From a bacterium (lineage in GTDB: Bacteria; Zhuqueibacterota; Zhuqueibacteria; Residuimicrobiales; Krinioviventaceae), in assembly GCA_963675755.2 (NCBI GenBank), contig CAXXMD010000002.1:2208001-2272000 (forward strand): 64,000 nucleotides of DNA, given 5' to 3'. Shown one piece after another: positions 1-9,966 of the stretch. Under the pieces are notes generated by a model that was not told where the DNA came from, did not search any database, and was given only the letters and a program-made list of their open reading frames with translations. Each line of letters starts with the position of its first letter. Position 1 is the first letter of the stretch. A program made the position numbers and the translations under genes.

Positions 1-1
1 C

Positions 2-76
2 AGCCAATCCAATTAGAATTATACCTATTGAAACTAAAAATTTATTAATATCGCCATAATCAATATGTTGCATCAT
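2..76 (-). CDS. Partial N-terminus of a probable membrane protein running off the left edge
   Basis: Manual translation MMQHIDYGDINKFLVSIGIILIGLA with a hydrophobic stretch; same strand as mrr; AT-rich. Confidence 0.45.
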   Translation of the reverse strand, partial: MMQHIDYGDINKFLVSIGIILIGLA

Positions 77-173
77 TGTATTTATTCTCACAATTAATAA
101 AAAAATGGGATTAATTATAAAAAATCAATCATAATATTTTCGCAAGCACATTAATATCAAGATACATAAAATA

Positions 174-1034
174 TTATAAATTTTTAAACCAACTTTTATT
201 TATATTGACTTTCTCAACCAATTCAACACTTACACCCAAGTTTAGTTCTTTTAACCTCTCAGCAAAATCATTTCCATCAATTAAATCAATAGGAGTGGCC
301 CCATCCCTTTGAGCTTCTTTTTTTGCTTCACGTGTAAAACTTCCAGTGGTCATTATGAGTCCTTTATCAGCACGACCAATCATTGCTCCTCGGAAATCTC
401 TTATTACTGATGATGATACTGATCCTTGATATCTTTTTGCTTGAAAAACAACATGATAGGATAAAACACCCCCTATTTTTATTATACCTTTTCCGTCTAT
501 CCCACCATCGTTAGTTTTTCCTGTAACTTCGACATTAACAAATCCCAATTCACGTAATAATCTTTGAGATAGTCGTTCAAATTGATCTGGTTTTATATTC
601 TTAATAGTTTCCAGTAATTCATCTTGCCAAGGAAATTCTTCTATCTCTTCTAAATTATTATAGAGTATCTTATCCTCAGTTTTATTTTGCTTTTTTAAAC
701 GTTCTTGCTTGTCAAGTTTTACAACAGCTTTTTTAACAATTTCTTGATTAACAGACTCTGTTTTTTGTCCCGCATCTGTTAATGCCCAAACTCCTCTTGA
801 AGAATTTTCTAATAATCCATATCGTTTCAAGTAATTTCTTGCCCAAGCAAGTCTATAAGTCAGTTTTGTTGTACTTTCCCTGTGTATTTCATTAACAGCA
901 TCTTCATTCAAGTTCAAAATTTTAACAACTTCTTCTTCGATTTCACTAATTGCTCCTGATCCACCTAAATTTCTTAATGCGATTAAAGTTGGATTGAAAA
1001 GGTCATCATATTTGTAATTAAAATACTTGTCCAT
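174..1034 (-). CDS. mrr: Mrr-family (type IV) restriction endonuclease
   Basis: Mrr N-terminal wHTH (RLAWARNYLKRYGLLENSSRGVW) and catalytic domain (FERL..., DGGIDG, QAKRY, TTGSFT, IDLIDG). Confidence 0.9.
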   Translation of the reverse strand: MDKYFNYKYDDLFNPTLIALRNLGGSGAISEIEEEVVKILNLNEDAVNEIHRESTTKLTYRLAWARNYLKRYGLLENSSRGVWALTDAGQKTESVNQEIVKKAVVKLDKQERLKKQNKTEDKILYNNLEEIEEFPWQDELLETIKNIKPDQFERLSQRLLRELGFVNVEVTGKTNDGGIDGKGIIKIGGVLSYHVVFQAKRYQGSVSSSVIRDFRGAMIGRADKGLIMTTGSFTREAKKEAQRDGATPIDLIDGNDFAERLKELNLGVSVELVEKVNINKSWFKNL

Positions 1035-1191
1035 AAAATGCTTTCCTGAACATTAAACTATATAATAATACAACTAAATAATAATCAATAATAAATATCA
1101 ACAATAATTTCCCCTGAATTCCCACATACTTTATAATTCAATAAACACATAAACTCCAAATATTGCAAGAAAAATAATATTGCCCAAGTTT

Positions 1192-1221
1192 TTTATCTGT
1201 GTTTATCTGTGTTTATCTGCG
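1192..1221. repeat. Short tandem repeat (TTTATCTGTG)x3, last copy imperfect
   Basis: tttatctgtg tttatctgtg tttatctgcg read directly in the intergenic region at the edge of the AT-rich mrr patch. Confidence 0.85.
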
Positions 1222-1344
1222 GTCAATTAATTTAAACGAAACCTACCTGAGGCAAATACCTATTTTACCAGGTAAACAGATTCAGAAAAAGAAGGTTAAT
1301 GATTACTGCTTTGCGGTTGATATCAGCAAATCCCCGTTAATATA

Positions 1345-2883
1345 TTATTTTCTCGCGTCGCTCTCTTTTTCAGCTTTTAATCCCTGTTCAGTAAAATCTT
1401 CCTGTTCAGGCGTACCATAAGCGCGCAGAATGCGTCGAATCATCTCGGTTGTTGACATTCCCTCAACCCCTGGCAACAGCGCAATAGCGCCGTTATAGCT
1501 TTCAACCAGTTTACGTTCTTCCTGGTTAATGGTATCCAGCGTATAATCTCCACCCTTGGCATAAACATCCGGTTTTAACGTTTCTATCATTCCTACGGGA
1601 GAATAATCATCAAACACAACCACATAGTCCACAAATCCCAAAGAAGACAAAACCTTGGCGCGCTCGTTTTCTTCCATCACAGGACGCAAAACACCTTTGA
1701 TCTTTTGCACCGATGCATCACTGTTTAATCCCACAACCAGAATATCTCCCAATGCTTTGGCCTTTTCCAGATAAATCACATGGCCGGCATGCAGAATATC
1801 GTAACAGCCATTGGTCCAGACAACCTTTTTGCCCTCAACCTTGGCCTTGTTAACAATTTTTTTCAATTGTTCAAGATTTACATGTTTTTTAGTCGTATCG
1901 TTCAGAGCCATACGCTTTGCTGCTGTTAGAACGTCTGAGCTTTTAAAAACATGATAACCATTATGAGTCAATGCTATAGATGCCAAAAGACTGGCAAATT
2001 CCGCTGTCTCTTGCGGATCAATTCCCGCCATCACGCCTGCTGTAACACCACACAAAACCGCTTCGTCCGAGCCGTGGTTATCCTGTATCAATTGTGATTT
2101 ACCGGGCACATGCAGAACATCCGGTTCACCGGTCACCACACTAATACCTTCACTCCCCAGTGTCATATAGACCTGTTTACAATTCAAATGACTGTGCAGC
2201 CGCTTGGCAAGCTGATCGGATTTGTTTTCTTTGCCATTCAAAAGCGACAAAACCGATTTCACATGCGGTACAACAGCATCAAACTTTTTCAAATCCTCAA
2301 GTTGTTCCAGTGAATTTCCAATAAATGGAATTTTCTTACCTTTTGCCAGTTTTTGGACCGCAGTGGTTATTCCACGGGTCATAATACTTTTATCATGATC
2401 CAAAAATACTACGCCATCACATTCATCAATATGTGCTTCTATATGATCATAAAACATTTCATACTTTTCTTCTGAAAGAGAAACCGGATCGGTAGAGTCA
2501 ATTTTCAAAATATCCCGGTCACTGTACCTGCAGCCTTCCACACGGATTTGTGTGCGGCAGGTGGTGCGGTATTCATCATCCAACACAGTACATTGGGTTC
2601 CAACACCTTGTTTTTTCAAAATTCTCATCAAGTCATTGCCAGCGGTATCATTCCCCATAACAGTAAACAAGGTGACTTTGAATCCCAGGCGTACAAGCAA
2701 TAATGCCAAATATCCCGCAGCACCTGGCACCTGGCTGCGGTGATGTTTCTGCACAACAGGTATAGGACCATCGTCAGACAATCGTTCTACTTCACCATAC
2801 AGGATCTCACTTAAAAAAACATCACCTATCAGGTAAATGTGTTTGCCTTTGACCTTGTTTAGAATGTTTTGTACCTGCTGCAT
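1345..2883 (-). CDS. hldE: HldE/RfaE-like protein: degenerate PfkB kinase domain plus adenylyltransferase domain
   Basis: N-terminal IGDVFL...GEVERLS..GPIPVV as in RfaE domain I; C-terminal WTNGCYDILHAGH, VGLNSDASV, KGGDY, STT as in RfaE domain II. Confidence 0.8.
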   Translation of the reverse strand: MQQVQNILNKVKGKHIYLIGDVFLSEILYGEVERLSDDGPIPVVQKHHRSQVPGAAGYLALLLVRLGFKVTLFTVMGNDTAGNDLMRILKKQGVGTQCTVLDDEYRTTCRTQIRVEGCRYSDRDILKIDSTDPVSLSEEKYEMFYDHIEAHIDECDGVVFLDHDKSIMTRGITTAVQKLAKGKKIPFIGNSLEQLEDLKKFDAVVPHVKSVLSLLNGKENKSDQLAKRLHSHLNCKQVYMTLGSEGISVVTGEPDVLHVPGKSQLIQDNHGSDEAVLCGVTAGVMAGIDPQETAEFASLLASIALTHNGYHVFKSSDVLTAAKRMALNDTTKKHVNLEQLKKIVNKAKVEGKKVVWTNGCYDILHAGHVIYLEKAKALGDILVVGLNSDASVQKIKGVLRPVMEENERAKVLSSLGFVDYVVVFDDYSPVGMIETLKPDVYAKGGDYTLDTINQEERKLVESYNGAIALLPGVEGMSTTEMIRRILRAYGTPEQEDFTEQGLKAEKESDARK

Positions 2884-2987
2884 GAAACCTCCAAATTATA
2901 CAAAAAAGCTTGTAAATTCTCACAACAGTAAAGTTAAAAAGAATTTACAATAACTGCAAATTCTTTATCCCCTTTTCAATACACAGG

Positions 2988-3016
2988 TTGATTGCAACAC
3001 CTTAAATTAGTATATT
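2988..3016 (+). promoter_or_regulatory. Putative sigma70-type promoter for the tilS operon
   Basis: TTGATT-17 bp-TATATT about 30 bp before the tilS ATG. Confidence 0.5.
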
Positions 3017-3044
3017 ATCAGAAATTAACAGGACTTTTCCCAGT

Positions 3045-4424
3045 ATGCAATCAACTGTAATCCAAAAGATTACCGAATTTTTCAACTTACATGCTCCATT
3101 AAAGAGCGGCACAAAGCTCATTGCTGCCCTCTCGGGTGGTATGGACTCTGTGGTTATGCTGCACTGTCTGTTAATGCTTCAAAAAGATATTCCTTTCACG
3201 CTTTTAGCGGCCCACCTGAACCATCAATTGCGCGGTGACGAATCGGATGGAGATGAATCTTTTGTGCAGTCTTTATGCAAAGCCTGGCAGGTTAAACTCT
3301 ATACCTCCCGGCAGGATGTAAATGTCTATTGTAAATCTCACAACTGTTCCATCGAAACCGGTGCCCGCGAATGCCGCTATACGTTTTTCGAAAATATACG
3401 CTCTGAACTGCAAGCTGACTATATTGCCACTGCCCATCATGCTAATGATAATGCCGAAACCGTGCTAGACCGTCTGCTGCGCGGTAGTGGAACAACCGGC
3501 CTCGCAGGGATCCCCCTTCAACGGGATTTTTACATTCGGCCCCTGTTGCAAATCAGCCGCAAAGAGATAGAATCTTATGCCGCTGAACATCATCTAACCT
3601 ACAGGACCGATTCAACCAATGCAGATACCCGTTACAAGCGAAACAGGATACGCCATGTGCTGCTGCCCATGCTTCAGCAAGAGTTTAATCCACAAATCGC
3701 AGAGTCAATTAACCGTTTCAGCAGCATAATGCGCGAGACTGACGAACTGGTCAAAAAAGAATCACAAATTGCATTTTCTCAATGTGTTAGAGAGGCAAGT
3801 AAAGACAAAATTATCCTTGATATTTCAGACTTTTTGGCGTACCTTGTTATTTTGCAAAAAGGAGTGATTCGGGTAGCACTCGACAAACTGGATGAGCCAA
3901 ATGGCATTCCGGATTTTGATCAGTTTGAAAACCTGATCGCCTTTATTCGCAAAAACAAGAGTGGAACAAAATTCAGAATATCCTCAAAAACCCGGATTTT
4001 GATCAGCGGCAACGAACTTGTTATCGGATGTGAACCTGAGCAACATGAATCCGTTGCAATTCAAGCTGTCCCGGGAAAATATCCATTCTGGAATGGACAG
4101 ATTCTTGAAATAAAAGAAGCGTTAAAACCGTTAGAATTTCAGAACAAATCTAATACCGAAGAATGGATAGATGCAGACAAATTATTGGAACCCTTGGTTA
4201 TACGCACCGTAAAAGACGGTGACCGGTTTACACCAGTTAATTTTCGGGGTAGTAAAAAAGTATCAGACTTTTTTATGGACTTGAAAATTCCGGTATACCA
4301 GAGAGACCAGGTCCCGCTCCTTGAAAGTCGGAGTAAAATTGTTTGGATAGCAGGATATCGACTGGATGATCGTTTCAAAGTAACGAATAATACCAAAAGA
4401 ATCTTAAAACTGGAAGTAAAGTGA
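3045..4424 (+). CDS. tilS: tRNA(Ile)-lysidine synthase
   Basis: SGGMDS PP-loop, HLNHQLRG, TAHHANDNAET, RNRIRH, C-terminal TilS domain; tilS-hpt-ftsH order. Confidence 0.95.
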   Translation: MQSTVIQKITEFFNLHAPLKSGTKLIAALSGGMDSVVMLHCLLMLQKDIPFTLLAAHLNHQLRGDESDGDESFVQSLCKAWQVKLYTSRQDVNVYCKSHNCSIETGARECRYTFFENIRSELQADYIATAHHANDNAETVLDRLLRGSGTTGLAGIPLQRDFYIRPLLQISRKEIESYAAEHHLTYRTDSTNADTRYKRNRIRHVLLPMLQQEFNPQIAESINRFSSIMRETDELVKKESQIAFSQCVREASKDKIILDISDFLAYLVILQKGVIRVALDKLDEPNGIPDFDQFENLIAFIRKNKSGTKFRISSKTRILISGNELVIGCEPEQHESVAIQAVPGKYPFWNGQILEIKEALKPLEFQNKSNTEEWIDADKLLEPLVIRTVKDGDRFTPVNFRGSKKVSDFFMDLKIPVYQRDQVPLLESRSKIVWIAGYRLDDRFKVTNNTKRILKLEVK

Positions 4425-4972
4425 ACAAATCATCAGAATTCTACAAAGCCAGGTACGAAAACAAATTCAGAGAACTGCTAAGTAAAGACGCTATCCAATC
4501 CCGTATTGAAGAATTGGGTAAACAGATCACACAGGATTACGCAGACAAGGACCCGATTCTCATCGGTGTATTGAACGGATGTTTTATCTTTTTTTCAGAC
4601 CTTGTACGTCAGGTTGAACTGGACCTTGAAATTGATTTTATCAAACTGTCCAGCTATGGCGATGCAAAAATTTCTTCGGGCAAGGTCACTGTTTTAAAAG
4701 ACATTAATGCAGATTTAAAAGATCGTCATGTATTAATTGTTGAAGATATTGTAGACACCGGGTTATCAATAAGGTACCTGAGAAACAAACTTCTTCAGTT
4801 TAATCCTGCTTCATTAAAATTTGTTTCTCTGTTGTACAAAGAAAATAATGCTGACCTGGACTTTGATATCGATTATGTGGGATTTAATATACCCAATGAA
4901 TTTGTTGTAGGATATGGACTGGATTATAAACAGATTTTACGTAATTTACCCGCAGTGTATGTAATGGAATAA
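4421..4972 (+). CDS. hpt: Hypoxanthine phosphoribosyltransferase
   Basis: VLIVEDIVDTG PRPP motif, FVVGYGLDY; GTGA overlap with tilS stop. Confidence 0.95.
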   Translation: MNKSSEFYKARYENKFRELLSKDAIQSRIEELGKQITQDYADKDPILIGVLNGCFIFFSDLVRQVELDLEIDFIKLSSYGDAKISSGKVTVLKDINADLKDRHVLIVEDIVDTGLSIRYLRNKLLQFNPASLKFVSLLYKENNADLDFDIDYVGFNIPNEFVVGYGLDYKQILRNLPAVYVME

Positions 4973-4987
4973 AATAAGAATCGACTT

Positions 4988-7042
4988 ATGGAAAACGAAA
5001 AAAACAACATATTTAAAAAATCTAATAAACCGCCCAAAGGTCCGGATAACAATCCAAACAAACCCGGTGGTCCTCAGGGACAAAAACCGGAAGGGCCGCA
5101 GTGGAAAAAAGCATCCCGAAATCTGCTGTTTTGGATCGGTTTGTTTATTGTTGCAATTATTATCTCTCAACAGATAACTACACAACGCCAGCAGGAGCAA
5201 ATTATAAAGTTCAATCGCTTTATGGAACTGCTGCATGATGGCAAAGTGGAAAGTATTCTGGTTGAAGATACAATTCTCTATGGAAAATTAAAGGGATCAG
5301 ATCCGGATAACCCTGAAAGTACAGCTACAAATTTCAGAGTGAATCTACCGCCAGCCAGACTTGATTTTGATACCATTGAAAAATGGCGCAGCGAGTATGA
5401 TCTCAAAGAAATGGATTTTAAACAACATACCCCGGGTGTTTGGGGTTATTTGTTTACGGCTTTACCATGGCTTCTGCTTATAGGATTCTGGATTTTCCTG
5501 ATCCGTCGTATGCAGGGTGGAGGTGGTTCCAAAGGTATATTTAGCTTTGGTAAATCACGTGCCCGTATGTTTACTGAAAACTTTCCCAAAGTTACATTTA
5601 ACGATGTAGCCGGTGCGGATGAAGCCAAAGTGGAACTGCAAGAGATCATTGAATTTTTAAAAGAACCTGAAAGATTTCAAAAACTTGGCGGCAAGATCCC
5701 CAAAGGCGCTTTATTACTAGGCCCCCCGGGAACCGGTAAAACCCTGTTGGCAAAAGCAGTTGCCGGTGAAGCCGGTGTGCCCTTTTTCAGCATGTCTGGT
5801 GCCGACTTTGTGGAAATGTTTGTCGGTGTGGGTGCATCCCGTGTTCGTGATCTTTTTGAAAATGGCAAGAAAAATGCCCCCTGTATTATCTTTATAGACG
5901 AGTTGGATGCTGTGGGTCGTCATCGTGGCGCCGGTCTGGGTGGTGGTCATGATGAACGCGAACAAACCCTGAACCAGCTTTTGGTTGAAATGGACGGATT
6001 TGAATCTACTGAAGGTGTCATTCTGGTTGCGGCTACAAACCGCCCCGATGTACTTGATTCCGCGCTGCTGCGCCCCGGTCGTTTTGACAGACAAATTGTA
6101 GTAGACCGCCCCGATGTTCGCGGTCGCGAAGGTATCCTCAAAGTGCATTCCCGTAAAATCCCCATTGCTAAAAATGTGGATATGAACATTCTGGCTAAAG
6201 GTACTCCCGGTTTTTCAGGTGCAGATCTGGCCAACATGGTAAACGAAGCCGCATTGCTTGCCGCTCGTAAAAACAAGACCAAAGTTGAAATGCAGGACTT
6301 TGAAGAAGCCAAAGACAAAGTAATGATGGGTACCGAACGAAAAAGTATGCTCATCAGTGAAAAAGAAAAAGAAAGCACAGCCTATCACGAAGCCGGTCAC
6401 GTACTGGTTGCGCGCCTTACACCTGGCTCTGATCCGGTCCACAAGGTTACCATTATACCTCGAGGACGTGCATTGGGTGCTACCATGACGCTTCCCCTGG
6501 ATGAAAAACACAATTACTCACGTACCTATTGTTTGGCATTATTACGTCATCTGTTTGGTGGACGTGAAGCGGAAAAACTCATCTTTAACGAATTGACAAC
6601 CGGTGCAGGTGATGATCTGAAACGCGCTACCGAATTGGCACGTAAAATGGTTTGTGAATGGGGTATGAGCGATAAATTGGGTCCCATCACCTATGGTGAA
6701 AAACAGGAAGAAATCTTTTTGGGTCGTGAAATTGCACAACATCGTGATTACAGTGAACAAACTGCGCAAACGATCGATTCAGAGATCAAAAAACTGGTAG
6801 ATGATGCAGTAGCAGATGTTCAAAAATTACTCAGCGACAATAAAGACAAACTGGAAGATATTACCCAGGCTCTGCTGATACGTGAATGTCTGGATGGTGA
6901 AGAAATTGAAAAAATTATGAATGGCGAAGAATTACCGCCTTTCGATAATGGCAAGAAAAAGAAAGCCACCAAAAAGAAAACACCCAAAGAGAAAAAAGAG
7001 CCTGAAATAGAACCTGAAACAGATCAGGATACAGAAGAATAA
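4988..7042 (+). CDS. ftsH: ATP-dependent zinc metalloprotease FtsH
   Basis: Two TM helices, Walker [32 protein letters not shown] zinc motif. Confidence 0.98.
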   Translation: MENEKNNIFKKSNKPPKGPDNNPNKPGGPQGQKPEGPQWKKASRNLLFWIGLFIVAIIISQQITTQRQQEQIIKFNRFMELLHDGKVESILVEDTILYGKLKGSDPDNPESTATNFRVNLPPARLDFDTIEKWRSEYDLKEMDFKQHTPGVWGYLFTALPWLLLIGFWIFLIRRMQGGGGSKGIFSFGKSRARMFTENFPKVTFNDVAGADEAKVELQEIIEFLKEPERFQKLGGKIPKGALLLGPPGTGKTLLAKAVAGEAGVPFFSMSGADFVEMFVGVGASRVRDLFENGKKNAPCIIFIDELDAVGRHRGAGLGGGHDEREQTLNQLLVEMDGFESTEGVILVAATNRPDVLDSALLRPGRFDRQIVVDRPDVRGREGILKVHSRKIPIAKNVDMNILAKGTPGFSGADLANMVNEAALLAARKNKTKVEMQDFEEAKDKVMMGTERKSMLISEKEKESTAYHEAGHVLVARLTPGSDPVHKVTIIPRGRALGATMTLPLDEKHNYSRTYCLALLRHLFGGREAEKLIFNELTTGAGDDLKRATELARKMVCEWGMSDKLGPITYGEKQEEIFLGREIAQHRDYSEQTAQTIDSEIKKLVDDAVADVQKLLSDNKDKLEDITQALLIRECLDGEEIEKIMNGEELPPFDNGKKKKATKKKTPKEKKEPEIEPETDQDTEE

Positions 7043-7059
7043 GAAAATATCATACATGT

Positions 7060-7097
7060 AAAAAAAGCCGGTAAAAAATTTTTTATCGGCTTTTTTT
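7060..7097 (+). terminator. Intrinsic terminator after ftsH
   Basis: A7-GCCGGTAAAAAA-TTTTTTATCGGC-T7 inverted repeat. Confidence 0.75.
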
Positions 7098-7103
7098 ATA
7101 TTG

Positions 7104-7132
7104 TTGAATTTTTAAGCAATTACAATTATATT
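7104..7132 (+). promoter_or_regulatory. Putative sigma70 promoter for folP, placed for a leaderless transcript
   Basis: TTGAAT-17 bp-TATATT with only 5 nt between it and the ATG at 7138. Confidence 0.5.
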
Positions 7133-7137
7133 CTTTT

Positions 7138-7980
7138 ATGAGTAAAAGCAATAAGGTTTGGGCAATCCGGAACAACAAGCTGGATCTTGCACAAAACACA
7201 CTGATAATGGGCATCATCAACACCACCCCGGATTCTTTTTCCGATGGTGGCAAATTCAACTCGGTTGATTCAGCAGTCGAACATGCCTACCGGTTACAGC
7301 AGCAAGGTGCAGATATTCTTGACATAGGCGGCGAATCCACTCGTCCCGGTGCTGATCCCGTTTCCGAACAACAGGAACTGGATAGGGTAATACCTGTAAT
7401 TGAAGGATTAAAAGATATTTCAATCCCCATTTCTGTTGACACCTGGAAATCGGGTATCGCTAAACACGCACTTAATGCAGGAGCTCATATAGTAAACGAT
7501 ATCAGTGGTCTGCATTTTGATCCTGAAATGGCCAATATCGTTGCTCAATACAAAGCCGGACTTGTAGCAATGCATACCAAAGGTACCCCGCGAAATATGC
7601 AAAGCAATCCGGTTTACAATGACTTGATTGCAGAAATAAAAACCTATTTACAAAACGCATTGCAAATTGCTCTCAATGCGGGTATATCAAAGCAGCAAAT
7701 TGTTATCGATCCCGGTATTGGGTTTGGTAAAACACTGGAAGATAATTTCAAGATTATTCGCGAACTGGTATCCTTTAAAGAGCTTGATTTACCCATACTT
7801 TTGGGTCCATCGCGAAAATCATTTATAGGAAATACATTAAACCTTCCTCTGGATCAACGATTGGAAGGGACAATAGCGGCTGTAACCGCGGGAATTTTGA
7901 ATGGTGCAGATATTGTTCGTGTTCATGATGTACTTGAATGCAAACGTGCTGTAATAATTGCTGATAAAATTAAAAGTTAA
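7138..7980 (+). CDS. folP: Dihydropteroate synthase
   Basis: MGIINTTPDSFSDGG, DIGGESTRPGA, DPGIGFGK, SRKSF, VRVHDV. Confidence 0.97.
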   Translation: MSKSNKVWAIRNNKLDLAQNTLIMGIINTTPDSFSDGGKFNSVDSAVEHAYRLQQQGADILDIGGESTRPGADPVSEQQELDRVIPVIEGLKDISIPISVDTWKSGIAKHALNAGAHIVNDISGLHFDPEMANIVAQYKAGLVAMHTKGTPRNMQSNPVYNDLIAEIKTYLQNALQIALNAGISKQQIVIDPGIGFGKTLEDNFKIIRELVSFKELDLPILLGPSRKSFIGNTLNLPLDQRLEGTIAAVTAGILNGADIVRVHDVLECKRAVIIADKIKS

Positions 7981-7986
7981 AATTGT

Positions 7987-8775
7987 ATGTTTGTCCTCTT
8001 TAAAATAGGATTCTTACCTGTAACCATTATGGACATATTGGACATTATGGTCATGTCCTTTATTATCCACAAAGTCTATAACTTTTTGCGTGGTACCCGT
8101 GGCGTGCAGATGCTGGTGGGGCTGGTTATTTTAATTATCTTTTCCGGACTGGCACCCATGTTCCAGATGAAAGGGCTTACCTGGATTTTCGAAAACCTGC
8201 GCACCATTTGGCTTATTGCGTTTGTAATCCTCTTTCAGCCTGAATTGAGACGTATTCTCATCTATATTGGACAAAACCGTGTTGTCCGTACCCTTGTCAA
8301 AGTCTCAGACAGTAAAGTAGTGGACGAGGTTGTAAAAGCAACCGTATCACTGCACGATCGTGGTTATGGGGCACTCATTGTATTGGGACGTGAAACCGGT
8401 TTACGTACCATTAATGAAACCGGTGTCATGATACAAGCCGAAGTTTCTGAACAACTGATTTTATCAATATTTAATCCCAGATCTCCCCTGCACGATGGAG
8501 CAATTATCATCCAAAACGACATAATCGATGCCGCCAAGTGCATTCTGCCCATTTCTGAAGAGAACCAGGCAAAAACCGAGTATGGTACGCGCCATAAAGC
8601 CGCACTGACCATGTCGGAAGAATCAGACGCAATGGTCATTGTCGTTTCTGAAGAAACCGGTAAAATCTCTGTTGCAATAGATGGAAAATTCCAAACAGAT
8701 CTCAATGCAGAAATGCTTGAACACATCATCATTGAGGGTTACAGGTACGGTAACACCAATATTGAAAAGTCCTGA
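7987..8775 (+). CDS. cdaA: Membrane diadenylate cyclase CdaA/DacA
   Basis: Three N-terminal TM helices, FQPELRR, PLHDGA, GTRHKAA, VSEETG. Confidence 0.93.
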   Translation: MFVLFKIGFLPVTIMDILDIMVMSFIIHKVYNFLRGTRGVQMLVGLVILIIFSGLAPMFQMKGLTWIFENLRTIWLIAFVILFQPELRRILIYIGQNRVVRTLVKVSDSKVVDEVVKATVSLHDRGYGALIVLGRETGLRTINETGVMIQAEVSEQLILSIFNPRSPLHDGAIIIQNDIIDAAKCILPISEENQAKTEYGTRHKAALTMSEESDAMVIVVSEETGKISVAIDGKFQTDLNAEMLEHIIIEGYRYGNTNIEKS

Positions 8776-8780
8776 TCCTT

Positions 8781-9926
8781 ATGAAATCATTATATAGCAA
8801 AGTTATTTATCTTTTCATTTTTTTCACCTGCATTACACTTGCATCAACTCCCGAGGAAGGCATATTTGCTGTCATATCTCCAGCAGTAACATTTGATAAT
8901 CGCCCCATGCTTTGGAAAAACAGAAATAGCGACAGCACAAATACAGCTTTGCACGCATTCAGAGGGAAAAAATACGACTTTATAGGTCTAATCAAAAACA
9001 ATGATACAACCGCAGTACTGGCAGGACAAAACACATCTGGCTTTGCCCTGGTATTCAATACGGCTATGGACCGAAAGAATACCAATTCAACTAACCCGGC
9101 AATTCTGGTAAAATCCGCTTTGGGAGAATGCGCAACAGTTCAGGAATTCCAGGATTTGCTAAACACACAAACCGGTCCGTCACTGTACGGCTGTTTTGAC
9201 AATCGCGGTAATTGTGCTGTTTTTGAATCAACATCAGATTCTGTCATTCAGTTTAATGTATCAAATCCGGAAACAGCACCAAACGGATTTCTGGTGAGAC
9301 AGCAATTTTCAATGAGTGCTTTAACTCAACTCGAATCAGATTCATGGCCTTACCACCGCACTAAACATCTATTAACGCAACAGGCAGAACGAAAAAATAT
9401 CGCTCCGCAATACCTGCTGCAAGTTGTCGCCAGGGATGTCACGAGCAAAGATCTGGACCCTGCTCCACTCCCCTTTGACGGACGTTACAAAGACGCTCCA
9501 AAACAGTTTGTCAAGACAGAAAACACCATTAAAAGCTACCGTACAACCAACACCTTTGTCTTTTATGGTTCTTCTCCTAATAAACCGGGACAGGCAGGAT
9601 TTTATTACATTGCAGGAGATCCTATATGTGGTGTTGCGGTGCCCCTCTGGCCGGATTGTGGAGAGGTCCCCAAATCATTACAGGGAAATGGCTATTTTTC
9701 AACCAGCAGCGCAATTGAAGCAATACATAAAAGAATATATCATAAATCGAAATGGCCGCATTATTTTGATTCAAAATTGCTGGCCAAAGGCAATAAATCG
9801 GTCTATAAAAGAAACCTCGAATTTGAACAGAAAATGCTTAATACAATATCTTCTGAAGCAGATAACAATAAACTTTTAGAAACTCAGCAATCCTGGGCAC
9901 AACAGGCTTTTAAATTGCTGAAATAA
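8781..9926 (+). CDS. Exported Ntn-hydrolase (peptidase C45-like) homologue apparently lacking the nucleophile Cys
   Basis: Signal peptide, then AVIS...DNRPMLWKNR, AGQNTSGFA, ALGECATVQEF, GDPICGVAVPLW resembling C45/AAT-like proteins. Confidence 0.6.
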   Translation: MKSLYSKVIYLFIFFTCITLASTPEEGIFAVISPAVTFDNRPMLWKNRNSDSTNTALHAFRGKKYDFIGLIKNNDTTAVLAGQNTSGFALVFNTAMDRKNTNSTNPAILVKSALGECATVQEFQDLLNTQTGPSLYGCFDNRGNCAVFESTSDSVIQFNVSNPETAPNGFLVRQQFSMSALTQLESDSWPYHRTKHLLTQQAERKNIAPQYLLQVVARDVTSKDLDPAPLPFDGRYKDAPKQFVKTENTIKSYRTTNTFVFYGSSPNKPGQAGFYYIAGDPICGVAVPLWPDCGEVPKSLQGNGYFSTSSAIEAIHKRIYHKSKWPHYFDSKLLAKGNKSVYKRNLEFEQKMLNTISSEADNNKLLETQQSWAQQAFKLLK

Positions 9927-9966
9927 TTACTATTTTTAAACCCTATTTTCAAGTTGTGGAGTTGTT

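Noticed and set aside
1199-1420. 73-aa ORF starting in the TTTATCTGTG repeat
   Set aside because: Derived from the repeat, no SD, overlaps hldE antisense.
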